From Candidatus Omnitrophota bacterium (GTDB lineage: Bacteria > Omnitrophota > Gorgyraeia > Zapsychrales > JANLHA01), in NCBI GenBank assembly GCA_029560465.1, contig JAKQKX010000045.1, forward strand, positions 216,260 through 280,259: a stretch of DNA of 64,000 nucleotides. Reading direction: 5' to 3'. Shown one piece after another: positions 9,764 to 20,365 of the stretch (positions within the stretch are counted from its first letter, which is position 1; each line of letters starts with the position of its first letter). The notes beneath the pieces are model-generated. The model was not told where the DNA came from, searched no databases, and saw only the letters and a list, made by a program, of their open reading frames with translations. Position numbers and translations under genes: made by a program.

Positions 9764-10774
9764 CTAAAATTTCAGTTTCTGTTCAACGCCAATCATATCC
9801 ACATCTTCGTCCGACATGGTGTTAATGTTCTCTTTCCGGCGATAAAGGTACTTAAGTTCCGTTGTCCCGGATTTGTCGTCCGACTCAATGCGCTTCAAGG
9901 TCCATTCGGTTTCCATGCCCGAAGACCTGACCACCGGCTTTCTTCGAAGGCTCCGCAACTGTTGGGGAATTTTATCCAAGCGGGCCAAGTTTAACAGGCC
10001 GGCAACCTTAAAGGTCAAACCGTCCGCTTGAGAAACGAACGAATCGGTAATCCGGAACTTTGGAAAAACGCCTTCTCCCTTAAGCCGCAGCTGCCGGTAT
10101 TCCAAATCCCCGATACAGCCGTTTGTTAAAAACACCTCCGCCTGCAACTTGACATCAGGGTCGTTTCCGCTCAGGCGGATCTTCCCCGCCGACGCCCCCT
10201 CAACCACATCCCGCGGGACGTCCATAAACAAGCTCACAAGATCGTATAATGGGACATCCGCAAACTCGGCGCTCAACCGGAAACGGTGCGGGCGGGCCCA
10301 TTCCCAGGTCCCGCTCATAACACAATTCCCCCAAGAAAGCCTTTCAATAAAAACCGCTTGATTTTTAAATACGAACCGGGCGGAAATATCGTCCAACGGC
10401 TTTTTATTAAACAACACGTTGCGGCTGCGGAGTTGCCCGGAATACCCCGGGCCAGCCTCTCCGTCCGGGACCATGTTTAAGGACGCCTCGAGAACAGTTG
10501 AAATATTAAAAAGCCTCACCGGCCAATTATCCAGTTCCGCAAGGATTTGAATGGAAGAGTCGGAAACTGGCCTGACCTGGAACACCGCGTGATGCTCTGT
10601 CCCGGAAATGAACCTGACTGTTGCTGTCTTTTGAATGAAATCCAGCTCGCCGCGCATTAAGACCGGTTCCCCAGCGGCGATCCCCGGCTTGCCAAGGATA
10701 AAAGCACAAAAACTCAGGAGTAAAGGGATGCTATGACAAGCTTGCCGGGGAAGCATCTCCTGAAGATCAAACAC
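9764..10774 (-). CDS. Hypothetical secreted protein in the disA position
   Basis: 336 aa ORF with a good N-terminal signal-like segment (LLLSFCAFILGKPGIAAG). No recognisable catalytic motifs. It sits 8 nt from radA and 55 nt from clpC. Confidence 0.5.
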   Translation of the reverse strand: MFDLQEMLPRQACHSIPLLLSFCAFILGKPGIAAGEPVLMRGELDFIQKTATVRFISGTEHHAVFQVRPVSDSSIQILAELDNWPVRLFNISTVLEASLNMVPDGEAGPGYSGQLRSRNVLFNKKPLDDISARFVFKNQAVFIERLSWGNCVMSGTWEWARPHRFRLSAEFADVPLYDLVSLFMDVPRDVVEGASAGKIRLSGNDPDVKLQAEVFLTNGCIGDLEYRQLRLKGEGVFPKFRITDSFVSQADGLTFKVAGLLNLARLDKIPQQLRSLRRKPVVRSSGMETEWTLKRIESDDKSGTTELKYLYRRKENINTMSDEDVDMIGVEQKLKF

Positions 10775-10828
10775 ACAAAAATCCCGGGCCGCCCATAGGC
10801 ACCTCCTGCCCCAGCTAAACGCGCACGG

Positions 10829-13255
10829 TTATGATGAAGACTCAAAGCGCAGATAGTCGTTATTACGAGAAACCTGAATTTTACTGCCCTCTTTATATTG
10901 CCCAGAGATAATTTCTTCCGCAAGCGGGTCTTCCAAATACCGTTGGATCGTCCGTTTTAAAGGCCTGGCCCCGAACACCGGATCAAACCCTTTTTCAATC
11001 AGGAAGTCTTTCGCCTCCCTGACTAACTCGATGGCGATCCCCTGATCATGCAGCCGTTTCGCAACCTCCCGGATTTCTATCTCAACAATTTCTTCGAGAT
11101 TCTCTTTCGTTAATTGCCTGAAAACGATGATGTCGTCAATACGGTTCAGGAATTCCGGTTTAAAAACCCTTTTGACTTCTTCGAGAAGACGGCCCTTCAT
11201 GTCTTCATAAGACGCGTCCGCGGTCTGGGCGCCGAAACCCAGCGCGCCTTTGGTCCGCAGGATGTCTGCGCCGACGTTAGACGTCATAATAATAATCGTG
11301 TTGCGGAAATCCACTTTCCGGCCCAGGCTGTCCGTTAACCGGCCTTCCTCAAACACCTGAAGGAGGATATTAAAAACATCCGGATGCGCTTTTTCAATCT
11401 CATCCAAAAGCACGACGGAATAAGGCTTGCGCCGGACCTTTTCGGTCAGTTGCCCCCCCTCCTCGTACCCCACATACCCCGGAGGCGCGCCGATAAGGCG
11501 GGACACGTTAAACTTGTCCATATACTCCGACATGTCAATCTGGATCAGGGCGTCGGCGTCGCCGAACATGTATTCTGTTAACGCCCTGGCCAGATGCGTC
11601 TTCCCGACTCCCGTGGGCCCCAGGAACACAAACGACCCGATGGGCCGGCGAGGGTTCTTGATTCCCGCCCGCGAGCGGCGCACCGCGCGCGAAATAACAC
11701 CAATAGCTTCTTCCTGGCCCACAACCGTTTTCTTGAGCTGCTTGTCCATGGTGAGCAGCTTTTCGGTTTCCTTCTGTTCGAGGCGGACCAACGGGATTTT
11801 CGTCCACTGGGAAATGACGACGGCAATCTCTTCCTCTCCCAGCGTGATCGTCACATTATCCCGCTTCTGCGACCACTCCGCGCGAACCCGGTCCAAATTC
11901 TCGCGCACGCCCCGTTCCTGATCCCGCATGTGGGCGGCTTTCTCAAAATCCTGACTCTTAATATGGGCTTCCTTCTCCTTGCGCAATTGTTCAATCTGGG
12001 CTTCTAACTCCTTGATTTCAGGAGGGACTTCCATGGCGTGCAGCCGCGCCCGCGCCCCCGCTTCATCCAAAATATCAACCGCCTTGTCCGGGAGCGCCCG
12101 TCCGGAGATATAGCGGTCAGACAACCGCACCGCGGCTTCCAAGGCTTCATCGGAAAACTTAACCCTATGATGGGCTTCATATTTATCCCGCAGGCCTTTT
12201 AAAATCTGGATCGCCTCATCCACAGACGGAGGGTTGACAATGATCGTCTGGAAACGGCGCTCCAGGGCCGCGTCTTTTTCAATATGTTTACGGTATTCAT
12301 CCAACGTCGTGGCCCCGATGCACTGAATTTCTCCCCGCGCCAGCGCTGGTTTAAGAATATTAGCCGCGTCAATAGCGCCTTCCGCGGCTCCGGCCCCGAC
12401 CAGCGTGTGCAATTCATCCACGAAAAGGATAATTTTCCCGGAACGCTTGATTTCGTCCATGATCGCCTTGATCCGCTCCTCAAACTGCCCGCGATATTTC
12501 GTCCCGGCGATCATGAGCGCCAAGTCCAGGACCACGATGTTTTTATCCCGCAGAACTTCCGGGACATCGCCGGCAACGATCAGCTGTGCGAGCCCCTCCA
12601 CGATGGCGGTTTTGCCGACCCCCGCCTCCCCCAGGAGGACCGGGTTATTCTTGGTCCGGCGGCTTAAAATCTGGACAATCCGCTCAATCTCCTCCGCGCG
12701 GCCGATCACCGGATCCAGCTTTCCTTCCTTGGCCAACCGGTTCAAATTCCGGCCATAAGCGTCAATCGCCGGAGTTTTACCCCCCTTGCCCTGTTCCTGC
12801 ACGCTGAACCCCGGGATCCCGGAGCCCAGCAGTTCCATGATTTCATTGCGCAACTTACTCAAATCCAGCCCCAGGTTCAAAAGGACCCGGTAGGCCATGC
12901 CCTCCCCCTCTTTCACCAGCCCCAGCAACAGGTGTTCCGTTCCGATATAGTTGTGCCCCAGCGCCCGCGCTTCTTCCGCTGAAAGCTCCAAAGCCTTTTT
13001 GGACCGCGGGGTAAACGGAATGTCCCCGAGGACCTGGGTTTGCGGCCCGGGCTGGACCAGTTTCTCAACCTCAATGCGGATCGTTTCCAAATCCAAGCCC
13101 AATTTCTGCAGGACCGCCGCCGCCACCCCTTCCCCTTCCCGGATCAACCCCAAAAGCAAATGCTCCGTTCCGATATAATCATGATTAAAACGCCGGGCCT
13201 CTTCCTTGGCGTACACGATCACTTTCCTCGCCCTTTCGGTAAATCTATTAAACAT
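10829..13255 (-). CDS. clpC: ATP-dependent Clp protease ATP-binding subunit ClpC
   Basis: 808 aa. Two N-terminal Clp-N repeats, two AAA+ modules (GEAGVGKT and GPTGVGKT) and a UVR-like linker. Confidence 0.95.
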   Translation of the reverse strand: MFNRFTERARKVIVYAKEEARRFNHDYIGTEHLLLGLIREGEGVAAAVLQKLGLDLETIRIEVEKLVQPGPQTQVLGDIPFTPRSKKALELSAEEARALGHNYIGTEHLLLGLVKEGEGMAYRVLLNLGLDLSKLRNEIMELLGSGIPGFSVQEQGKGGKTPAIDAYGRNLNRLAKEGKLDPVIGRAEEIERIVQILSRRTKNNPVLLGEAGVGKTAIVEGLAQLIVAGDVPEVLRDKNIVVLDLALMIAGTKYRGQFEERIKAIMDEIKRSGKIILFVDELHTLVGAGAAEGAIDAANILKPALARGEIQCIGATTLDEYRKHIEKDAALERRFQTIIVNPPSVDEAIQILKGLRDKYEAHHRVKFSDEALEAAVRLSDRYISGRALPDKAVDILDEAGARARLHAMEVPPEIKELEAQIEQLRKEKEAHIKSQDFEKAAHMRDQERGVRENLDRVRAEWSQKRDNVTITLGEEEIAVVISQWTKIPLVRLEQKETEKLLTMDKQLKKTVVGQEEAIGVISRAVRRSRAGIKNPRRPIGSFVFLGPTGVGKTHLARALTEYMFGDADALIQIDMSEYMDKFNVSRLIGAPPGYVGYEEGGQLTEKVRRKPYSVVLLDEIEKAHPDVFNILLQVFEEGRLTDSLGRKVDFRNTIIIMTSNVGADILRTKGALGFGAQTADASYEDMKGRLLEEVKRVFKPEFLNRIDDIIVFRQLTKENLEEIVEIEIREVAKRLHDQGIAIELVREAKDFLIEKGFDPVFGARPLKRTIQRYLEDPLAEEIISGQYKEGSKIQVSRNNDYLRFESSS

Positions 13256-14308
13256 CTACGCTCCTCCTAACTTTTCTCTCATTAAACTCGCTCTGCGAAT
13301 ATCCCGGGCCGTGGCCGACAATTTCTTCCCTTCGAGTTTTTGAAGGTGCGCCGGCTGGATCAAAATCAAAAGCTCATTGACCGTGCAACGGTCAATATTC
13401 TTAACCAGCCCCAGGTCAATCCCCAACCGGACCATCGACAACAACTCGATGGTTTCCTGGCTGGAAATGATGTGCGCGTTTTTGATGACCCCCAGAGACC
13501 GGAAAATTTTGTCTTCCAGCATCGGTTTATTCTGCAGAATTAAAGCTTGCCGCGCCTGTTCCTCCTGCTCGATCACCTGTCGGATCAGGCCGTTAATATT
13601 CTGAATAATATCTTCTTCGCTGTGCCCGAGAGACACCTGGTTAGAGATCTGATAAAAATTGCCCCGGGCCTGGGTCCCTTCCCCGTAGAACCCGCGGGAC
13701 GCGAAACTCAGCTTGGCGATGGCCGTCAAGACCTTGTTAATCTGCTTGGTCATCACCAACGCCGGAAGGTGCAGCATGACCGAACCGCGCATCGCGGTTC
13801 CGGTGTTGGTCGGGCAGGCCGTCAGATACCCCCAATGATTCAGAAACGCGTACTGCAGGATATCGGCGAGTTTGTCGTCAATCATGTCGATGATCTTCCA
13901 GGTTTCGTGCAGGTTTAAGCCCGACTGCATCACCTGAATCCGCAAATGATCCTCCTCGTTAATCATGACCGACAGGATCTCTTCCTGAGAAACGATCAGC
14001 GCCTTGCCCTCGGGGTTAGACGAATGTTCATGACTCATCAGGTGCCGTTCAATCAAAAACTGACGGTCAATGCTGTCCAACTCGTTCATCTGAAACAGGG
14101 TGGCGTCCTTGAAATAATCGATCTTGTCCTTAGCGTCCTGAACGGTCGCCAGCACATGCAGGAGGTCTTTCTTGGAAGCCTTGTTCGGGAACGGCACGGA
14201 AAAAAGATTCCGCGCCAGGCGGATGCGCGACGACATCACAATGTTGGAGTACGGCCCGGTCCCCTTGAGCCATTGGCCAGTATGATAAATCAAGTCATCA
14301 AGTTTCAT
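13256..14308 (-). CDS. mcsB: Protein-arginine kinase McsB
   Basis: Phosphagen-kinase-like core (NEEDHLRIQ, CPTNTGT) with strong similarity to Bacillus McsB. Directly abuts clpC. Confidence 0.9.
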   Translation of the reverse strand: MKLDDLIYHTGQWLKGTGPYSNIVMSSRIRLARNLFSVPFPNKASKKDLLHVLATVQDAKDKIDYFKDATLFQMNELDSIDRQFLIERHLMSHEHSSNPEGKALIVSQEEILSVMINEEDHLRIQVMQSGLNLHETWKIIDMIDDKLADILQYAFLNHWGYLTACPTNTGTAMRGSVMLHLPALVMTKQINKVLTAIAKLSFASRGFYGEGTQARGNFYQISNQVSLGHSEEDIIQNINGLIRQVIEQEEQARQALILQNKPMLEDKIFRSLGVIKNAHIISSQETIELLSMVRLGIDLGLVKNIDRCTVNELLILIQPAHLQKLEGKKLSATARDIRRASLMREKLGGA

Positions 14309-14820
14309 GCCTTTTCTTCCTTCTTTTTGTCCTCCAGCTCCCGGATCCTGTCCCGCAACTCAGCAGCCTGTTCAAACCGCTCCTGCTCAATGGCCTGCTG
14401 CAATTGTTGCTTAAGGTCAAGAAGCGAATCGGTTTTAGGCAGCGCCTGAACCGAGACAATCCCAGGGGTTTTCCCGTGATGCCGGTTAGAACCGTGAATC
14501 CTCTTCAGCAGCCCGCCCAATTGATCCTGGAAAGCGGTATAACATTCGCTGCACCCCAGCCGCCCCAATTTTTTAAAATCTTCATACGTAAGCTGACAGG
14601 ACGGGCAGACGGCCTTCACTTTATCATAATCCTTCACCTGTTTTCCAAAATCCGCCAGGCCCGCCAGTAAATCAGAAAGGCCGAACTGCTGCTCCATCTG
14701 CACGCTTTTCTCCCGGGCGCATTCCTCGCACAGGTGCATCTCCAGCAGCTGCTCATCAACAATTTCCGTTAGATGAACGGTTGCCTTTTTTTTCCCACAC
14801 AAGTCACAAATCATAAACAA
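14305..14820 (-). CDS. mcsA: McsA (zinc-finger and UVR-domain activator of McsB)
   Basis: Paired CxxC motifs (CDLCGKKKA...CEEC; CPSC...CSEC) plus a C-terminal UVR-like motif. Overlaps mcsB by 4 nt. Confidence 0.8.
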   Translation of the reverse strand: MFMICDLCGKKKATVHLTEIVDEQLLEMHLCEECAREKSVQMEQQFGLSDLLAGLADFGKQVKDYDKVKAVCPSCQLTYEDFKKLGRLGCSECYTAFQDQLGGLLKRIHGSNRHHGKTPGIVSVQALPKTDSLLDLKQQLQQAIEQERFEQAAELRDRIRELEDKKKEEKA

Positions 14821-14883
14821 TCCTCAATTCATAATCCCGTCTGAGAAGGGCTCGCCCTTTTCAGGACAGACCGGCCATCCGCT

Positions 14884-15753
14884 TCAATATGGCACGCCAT
14901 CCGAAGCGGTCACCTTTTTAAACTGCTGGATAAGTTTTTGCGTAAAACGGCCCGGCTTGCCGTCCGCGATCAACCGCCCGTCGACTTTGACAACCGGGAT
15001 AATCTCCGCTGCCGTTCCGCTCAGGAAACATTCATCCGCGTTATAAATTTCATGGCGCGTCAGGAAGGTTTCGCGGGTTTTGACGTCGTTACTCTCAGCC
15101 AGTTCCAGGACCATATCTCGGGTAATCCCTTTCAAACGGCCCGTGAGGGGGGTTAATAACACGCCATTCTTTATGATAAAAATATTATCCCCCGTGCACT
15201 CCGCCACATACCCCTGCGTATCCATCATAATCGCCTCGTTAAAACCGGCATTATTGGCTTCAATCTTAGCGAGGATATTGTTTAAATAATTCAGGGACTT
15301 CAACTGCGGATTTAAAGCTTCCGAATGATTTCTTACCGTCGGAACGGTCATAATGGCCATCCCGTTGCGATACAGTTCCTCCGGATACAAGGTGATTTTA
15401 TCCGCAATGATAATCACCCCGGGCTTCCCGTGGCATTTCCGGGGGTCCAGCCCCAGGTCGCCCACGCCCCGGGTCACAATCACCCGAATATAGGCATCGT
15501 CCAGGTTGTTTTGGTTCAAGGTATCAACAACGGCCTGAATCATCTGTTCTTTCGTCATCGGGATCTCAATCATGAGCGTGTGGGCCGTTTCATAGAGACG
15601 GTCCATATGGGCCTGAAGGCGGAAAACCCGCCGGTTATAGGACCGGATTCCTTCAAACGCGCCGTCCCCGTACAAAAATCCATGGTCAAACACGGATATC
15701 TTCGCGTCCTCTTTGCTGACATACGTTCCATTAAGATAAATTTTCATACGCAT
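14884..15753 (-). CDS. ilvE: Branched-chain amino acid aminotransferase (class IV PLP fold)
   Basis: ISVFDHGFLYGDGAFEGIR and the downstream class IV motifs. 289 aa. Confidence 0.8.
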   Translation of the reverse strand: MRMKIYLNGTYVSKEDAKISVFDHGFLYGDGAFEGIRSYNRRVFRLQAHMDRLYETAHTLMIEIPMTKEQMIQAVVDTLNQNNLDDAYIRVIVTRGVGDLGLDPRKCHGKPGVIIIADKITLYPEELYRNGMAIMTVPTVRNHSEALNPQLKSLNYLNNILAKIEANNAGFNEAIMMDTQGYVAECTGDNIFIIKNGVLLTPLTGRLKGITRDMVLELAESNDVKTRETFLTRHEIYNADECFLSGTAAEIIPVVKVDGRLIADGKPGRFTQKLIQQFKKVTASDGVPY

Positions 15754-16484
15754 CTCACCTCATCTTTTAAACCGTCATTGTTGTTATTATGATCATCCGC
15801 CCGGCCCGGTCCGTCCATAAATCTTCCATCCTTCATCATGACGATTTTCTGGGCCCGCCGGGCGATCCCGGAATCGTGCGTTACGATAATCAGCGTTAGC
15901 TTTTTATCCCGGTTCAGCTCCGCCAAAAGATTGATAATTTCCGCGCCGCTTGCCGAATCGAGGTTGCCGGTCGGTTCATCGCACAGGAGAATTTTGGGCT
16001 CGTTCATGAGCGATCGGGCGATCGCCACCCGCTGCTGTTCCCCTCCCGAAAGCTCGCCGGGCCGGTGTTCCAGGCGGTGCGACAGCCCCACCTTGCCGAG
16101 CAGCTCCCCGGCGCGGGCTTTCAGAAAAGACATATCCGTATTCCGCCCGCAAACCATGGCCGGCAGAAGCACATTTTCCAGTGCGGAGAATTCCGGCAAA
16201 AGATGATAAAATTGAAAAATAAAGCCGATCTTCCGGCTGCGGATCTTCGCCCGCGCTTTATCCCCCAAGCGGTAAATATCCTCCCCGTCAACGCTGACGG
16301 TCCCGGAGCTCGGCTTGTCCAGCCCGCCGATGATATGAAGCAAGGTCGACTTCCCGGCCCCGGAAGGGCCGACCACGGCTAAAAATTCCCCCTCCTTCAC
16401 CTGGAACGTCACCCCTTTAAGGACGTCCAGCCGGCTGGCCGGCTGGACGTAACTCTTCATCAATTGAAACGCATCAATAACCAT
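15744..16484 (-). CDS. lolD: Lipoprotein-releasing system ATP-binding protein LolD
   Basis: Walker A GPSGAGKST, LSGGEQQR signature and Walker B ILLCDEP. Adjacent to the FtsX-family permease. Confidence 0.8.
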   Translation of the reverse strand: MVIDAFQLMKSYVQPASRLDVLKGVTFQVKEGEFLAVVGPSGAGKSTLLHIIGGLDKPSSGTVSVDGEDIYRLGDKARAKIRSRKIGFIFQFYHLLPEFSALENVLLPAMVCGRNTDMSFLKARAGELLGKVGLSHRLEHRPGELSGGEQQRVAIARSLMNEPKILLCDEPTGNLDSASGAEIINLLAELNRDKKLTLIIVTHDSGIARRAQKIVMMKDGRFMDGPGRADDHNNNNDGLKDEVRCV

Positions 16485-16536
16485 GGAAGGATAACGGCCT
16501 TTCTTTTACCCACCGTGTACACGTTATTTTAAATTC

Positions 16537-17730
16537 CTATTCATACCTCAGCGCTTCCACCGGCTGCAACCGTGCGGCCCTAGACGCGGGATAAACGGAA
16601 GCGCAAAAACTGATCACCAGGGCGGCGGCGACAATGGCGAAAATATCAAACAGCTGAATTTCCACCGGCACATGATCAATGGAATAAATCTCCGCCGGAA
16701 CTTTAATGTACGTTTTTAAAATATAACTGACTGCGAACCCTCCGGCCAGCCCCACAAACGTTCCTGTGCTGCCGATATACATCCCCATCTTTGTAAAAAT
16801 ACTCCGGATAGCCTGTTTAGGCACTCCGATCGATTGTAAAATCCCGATATCGTGAATTTTGCTCATGACCGTGACGATGAGCGTGCTGATAATATTAAAA
16901 GACGCCACCAACACCATCATGGTCAGGACAATAAAAAGCCCCCACTTTTCCAGAAAAAGCGCGTCAAAAAGATTCCGGTTAACATCAATCCACGTCTTAA
17001 CCAAAAAGCTATACCCCAGAGTGTCATAAATTTTTTTTTGAACGTCCTTCGCCATATGGGGATCGGCAAGTTTAACGCCGAGGCCGCTGACCTTCTGCTC
17101 CGAAAGATTGAAAACGGTCCGGGCTTTCTGAATATGGACAAGCGCCAGGTTCATGTCAAAATCCACCATCCCCGTGTCAAAAATACCACGGATCGTCAAC
17201 CGGTATTTCCACCCTTTCCCGGCGATTCCAGAACCCGGGGCAATGATCGTGACTTCGTCGCCGACCGAGTACCCGGCGTAACGGGCCAATTCCCGTCCGA
17301 TAAAAACCCCTTCCTCATCGAGTTGGGCGAGGTCGCCTTCCTTGAGGAACTCTTTCACCTTCGTCACCCGGCCTTCGGTTTCGGGCGCAATGCCCCGGAT
17401 CACCAATCCTAACGCATTCCCTTCCAGGTCCAGGAAAACATTGCCCTGGACATACGGAGAAACCCCGGTCACGCCTTCCATTTGGACAAGCTGGCCAGCC
17501 ACCTCACCATAATTCTGAATTCCGGTTTCTTTCTCCACCGCGATATGCGGGGACGAGCCGATGATCTTTTCCCTCAGATTATTCGCGAATCCCGTCATCA
17601 CCCCGGTGACCACAATCAGAGCCATGACGCCCAGGGCAACCCCGGCGATGGAAATAAAGGTAAGAAAAGAGAGAAACCCACCTTTACGGCGCGACAAATA
17701 CCGGTAACTGATCCAGCTTTCATAATTCAT
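16537..17730 (-). CDS. lolE: Lipoprotein-releasing system permease LolC/LolE (FtsX/MacB family)
   Basis: 397 aa. N-terminal TM, a large periplasmic domain and a C-terminal 3-TM FtsX domain. Confidence 0.8.
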   Translation of the reverse strand: MNYESWISYRYLSRRKGGFLSFLTFISIAGVALGVMALIVVTGVMTGFANNLREKIIGSSPHIAVEKETGIQNYGEVAGQLVQMEGVTGVSPYVQGNVFLDLEGNALGLVIRGIAPETEGRVTKVKEFLKEGDLAQLDEEGVFIGRELARYAGYSVGDEVTIIAPGSGIAGKGWKYRLTIRGIFDTGMVDFDMNLALVHIQKARTVFNLSEQKVSGLGVKLADPHMAKDVQKKIYDTLGYSFLVKTWIDVNRNLFDALFLEKWGLFIVLTMMVLVASFNIISTLIVTVMSKIHDIGILQSIGVPKQAIRSIFTKMGMYIGSTGTFVGLAGGFAVSYILKTYIKVPAEIYSIDHVPVEIQLFDIFAIVAAALVISFCASVYPASRAARLQPVEALRYE

Positions 17731-17771
17731 TGGCGTGTCCTTCTATTCATGGCTTAGGCGCAAGAAGATTG

Positions 17772-19268
17772 TCAGCCCGGGACGTCCCGGGCTTCCGATT
17801 CCAAAAGGCCTTCGGCCTCCGTGGGGGACGCTGGCTTTAAAAGCGGGAACAAAATGACATCCCGGATCGAAGGCGCATCGGTTAAGAGCATCACCAGCCG
17901 GTCCACGCCGATGCCGAGGCCGCCGGCCGGCGGCATACCGTATTCCAGGGCCTGGACAAAATCTTCGTCGATCGTCCGCAACCCCGTTTCCACATCATCA
18001 TCCAGGTCCGCCAAAAGCCGTTTCTTCTGTTCCAAAGGATCGTTCAATTCCGAGTAGGCGTTGCCGACTTCCATCCCGGCGATAAAACATTCGAACCGCT
18101 GCGAAATGCCGGGCTGCCGTGGATCCGTTTTGGCGAGCGGGCATAAGAAGGTGAAATAATCCGTGAAAAACACCGGGTTCATCGTCGCATCTTCTTCCAA
18201 AATGTCCTCGACAATTTTCATGACCGCCGAGCGCGTTAAGACCTGAATTTTAAGCTTGTCCCCTTTAATCGCCTTCACCTTGGAAAGCATCGTTGCCGCG
18301 TCATCCTGGGGATCAATACCAAATTTTTCCTTAACGATCCCGGCGAAAGAGCGGCGTTCCCACGGAGGGGTAAAATCAATCTCCCGGCCCTGATAGGTCA
18401 CCCGCAACGTACCGAAAAGTTCCTTAACCAAACCGGCAACCATGTCTTCCATTAAACGCATCATGTCGGAATAATCGGCGTACGCCTGGTACACTTCCAG
18501 CATCGTGAATTCCGGATTATGGCGGGTCGAAATCCCCTCATTGCGGAAGTTGCGGTTGATTTCATAAACACGCTCCAGCCCTCCGACGAGGAGCCGTTTT
18601 AAATACAGTTCCGGGGCGATCCGCAGGTACACATCCATGTCATACGTGTTGTGCTTGCTTCTAAAAGGCCGGCCACGCGCCCCACCCGCGAGAGGCTGCA
18701 GCATCGGCGTTTCTACTTCCAAGAATCCCCGTTGATCCAGATAAGAACGGATGAATTTCACGATAAAACTGCGCTGGATAAAGACCTTCCGGGCATCCTG
18801 GTTTACAATGAGATCCACGTATCTCTGCCGATAGCGGATTTCCGTGTCTTTAAGGCCATGCCATTTCTCCGGCAGGCACATGATCGATTTCGTCAAAACC
18901 GTTAAATTTTTAAGCCGCACGCTTTTTTCCCCGGTCTGGGTCAGGAACAAAACGCCTGAAACCCCGACCATATCCCCGATATCAACCAGCTTCACCACTT
19001 CAAAGAGTTCCGGGCCGACATTGTCCGCCTTGACAAAAAGCTGTATCTGGCCTGTCTTATCCATGAGGTCCATGAACATCACCTTCCCGTGCTTACGGTT
19101 CGCCATCACGCGCCCAGCCAGAGTCACCTCTCTCTGTTCAACAAACGGATCCAGCACAGACTGAATCATCTGGGTTTCGGGGAACCGTCCACCGTACGGC
19201 AAAACGTTCAAAGCTTCCATTTTATGAAGCTTTTCAATTCTAACTTTCTTTATTTCATCAACTTCCAT
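17772..19268 (-). CDS. lysS: Lysyl-tRNA synthetase (class II)
   Basis: 498 aa. N-terminal OB anticodon-binding domain and class II motifs (FRNEGISTRHNPEFTMLE). Confidence 0.95.
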   Translation of the reverse strand: MEVDEIKKVRIEKLHKMEALNVLPYGGRFPETQMIQSVLDPFVEQREVTLAGRVMANRKHGKVMFMDLMDKTGQIQLFVKADNVGPELFEVVKLVDIGDMVGVSGVLFLTQTGEKSVRLKNLTVLTKSIMCLPEKWHGLKDTEIRYRQRYVDLIVNQDARKVFIQRSFIVKFIRSYLDQRGFLEVETPMLQPLAGGARGRPFRSKHNTYDMDVYLRIAPELYLKRLLVGGLERVYEINRNFRNEGISTRHNPEFTMLEVYQAYADYSDMMRLMEDMVAGLVKELFGTLRVTYQGREIDFTPPWERRSFAGIVKEKFGIDPQDDAATMLSKVKAIKGDKLKIQVLTRSAVMKIVEDILEEDATMNPVFFTDYFTFLCPLAKTDPRQPGISQRFECFIAGMEVGNAYSELNDPLEQKKRLLADLDDDVETGLRTIDEDFVQALEYGMPPAGGLGIGVDRLVMLLTDAPSIRDVILFPLLKPASPTEAEGLLESEARDVPG

Positions 19269-19357
19269 ATATTTCGCCGCCCTTTCTTATAAATAACAGG
19301 AAGATTATATAGAAAATCACAAGGGGTGTCAATCAAAAGGCTCGAATAGACAGGCTT

Positions 19358-20176
19358 TCAGGGAGTAGCAATAATACAGATAGACGCTTTGTTCGCCAGA
19401 GAAATCGTTTTCAGCGGGTCAATGATGATCGTCTTGCCGGCTTCAATCGCCAGGCACCCGGCCCGGACACGGGTCATATGTTTGATCGTCCTTGGCCCGA
19501 CCACCGGCACATCAAAACGAAAATCCTGCTCGGGCTTGCTCATCTTGACGACAACCGCACCTTGTTGAGCAATTCCGCCACCCCGGACGACGCAACGGTC
19601 CGTTCCCTCCATCGCTTCAATGGCCACGATGGCTTTATCTTTAATCACAACCGTCTGGCCGATATCGAGTCCGCCCATGGATTTGGCGATGTGTTTCCCG
19701 AAAACAATATCATCCAGCTCCAGGAGGGTCGGGCCCCGGTGAGTCAGGGTCCCTTGCGGAGCCAAATATTTTTTAAGCAGAAAAGTTGAATCTAACAGTT
19801 CCAAGCCATGCTGGTGCAACTTCTCAGCGATGGCGGAAAAAATTGTATCGGCTTTCCGGTCTTTAACGGCCTGGAACAGGTCTTTAAATTCCCCATCCAA
19901 CCTGATGTTATCATCAAACAAATTTTTGGGATGCACCTGACCGGCCATAATGACGTGCCGGACACCGCAAGAAAGAAAATACTGAAACACGGCCGTTAAC
20001 TGACCAACTCGAAACCACCGCAACTTGGAGACAAAAAACTTCAAATGCCAAGCCGTGTCTCCCTTAATGCCCGCGGCGACCACCCGGATATTCTGGTCTT
20101 TCGCCGCCCGCGCGAACAAAAACGGGAACCGGCCGTTTCCGGCAATGAGCCCTATCGTATCCATAGATTCAGTCAT
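19358..20176 (-). CDS. lpxI: UDP-2,3-diacylglucosamine hydrolase LpxI (DUF1009)
   Basis: N-terminal IGLIAGNGRFP and overall DUF1009 architecture. Located immediately downstream of lpxA. Confidence 0.75.
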   Translation of the reverse strand: MTESMDTIGLIAGNGRFPFLFARAAKDQNIRVVAAGIKGDTAWHLKFFVSKLRWFRVGQLTAVFQYFLSCGVRHVIMAGQVHPKNLFDDNIRLDGEFKDLFQAVKDRKADTIFSAIAEKLHQHGLELLDSTFLLKKYLAPQGTLTHRGPTLLELDDIVFGKHIAKSMGGLDIGQTVVIKDKAIVAIEAMEGTDRCVVRGGGIAQQGAVVVKMSKPEQDFRFDVPVVGPRTIKHMTRVRAGCLAIEAGKTIIIDPLKTISLANKASICIIATP

Positions 20177-20365
20177 GAAAAATCAAGGGTCTAAACCCCA
20201 GAGCAAGCTCTGGACTCAATTAACCACAGCAAGCTGCGGGGTATGAAACTGGCATCCTTCGCTTGGCTCTCTCGCTCAGGATCAATTCGCATTTCTGGTT
20301 TACACTCCCTTTTTGGTCGTGTAAATTAAATGCTCATTGAATAAACGGATTGAACAGGCCCGTGC

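Noticed and set aside
10714-10923. 69 aa minus-strand ORF bridging the clpC 3' end and the downstream gap
   Set aside because: It overlaps the clpC C-terminus in another frame. No Shine-Dalgarno and no conservation signal.
20177-20365. 190 nt gap between lpxA and lpxI examined for a riboswitch, T-box or small RNA
   Set aside because: It contains only a short palindrome (CCAGAGCAAGCTCTGG) and no recognisable conserved leader architecture. It is too short for a T-box. Leaders upstream of lysS and cysS are 90 nt or less.
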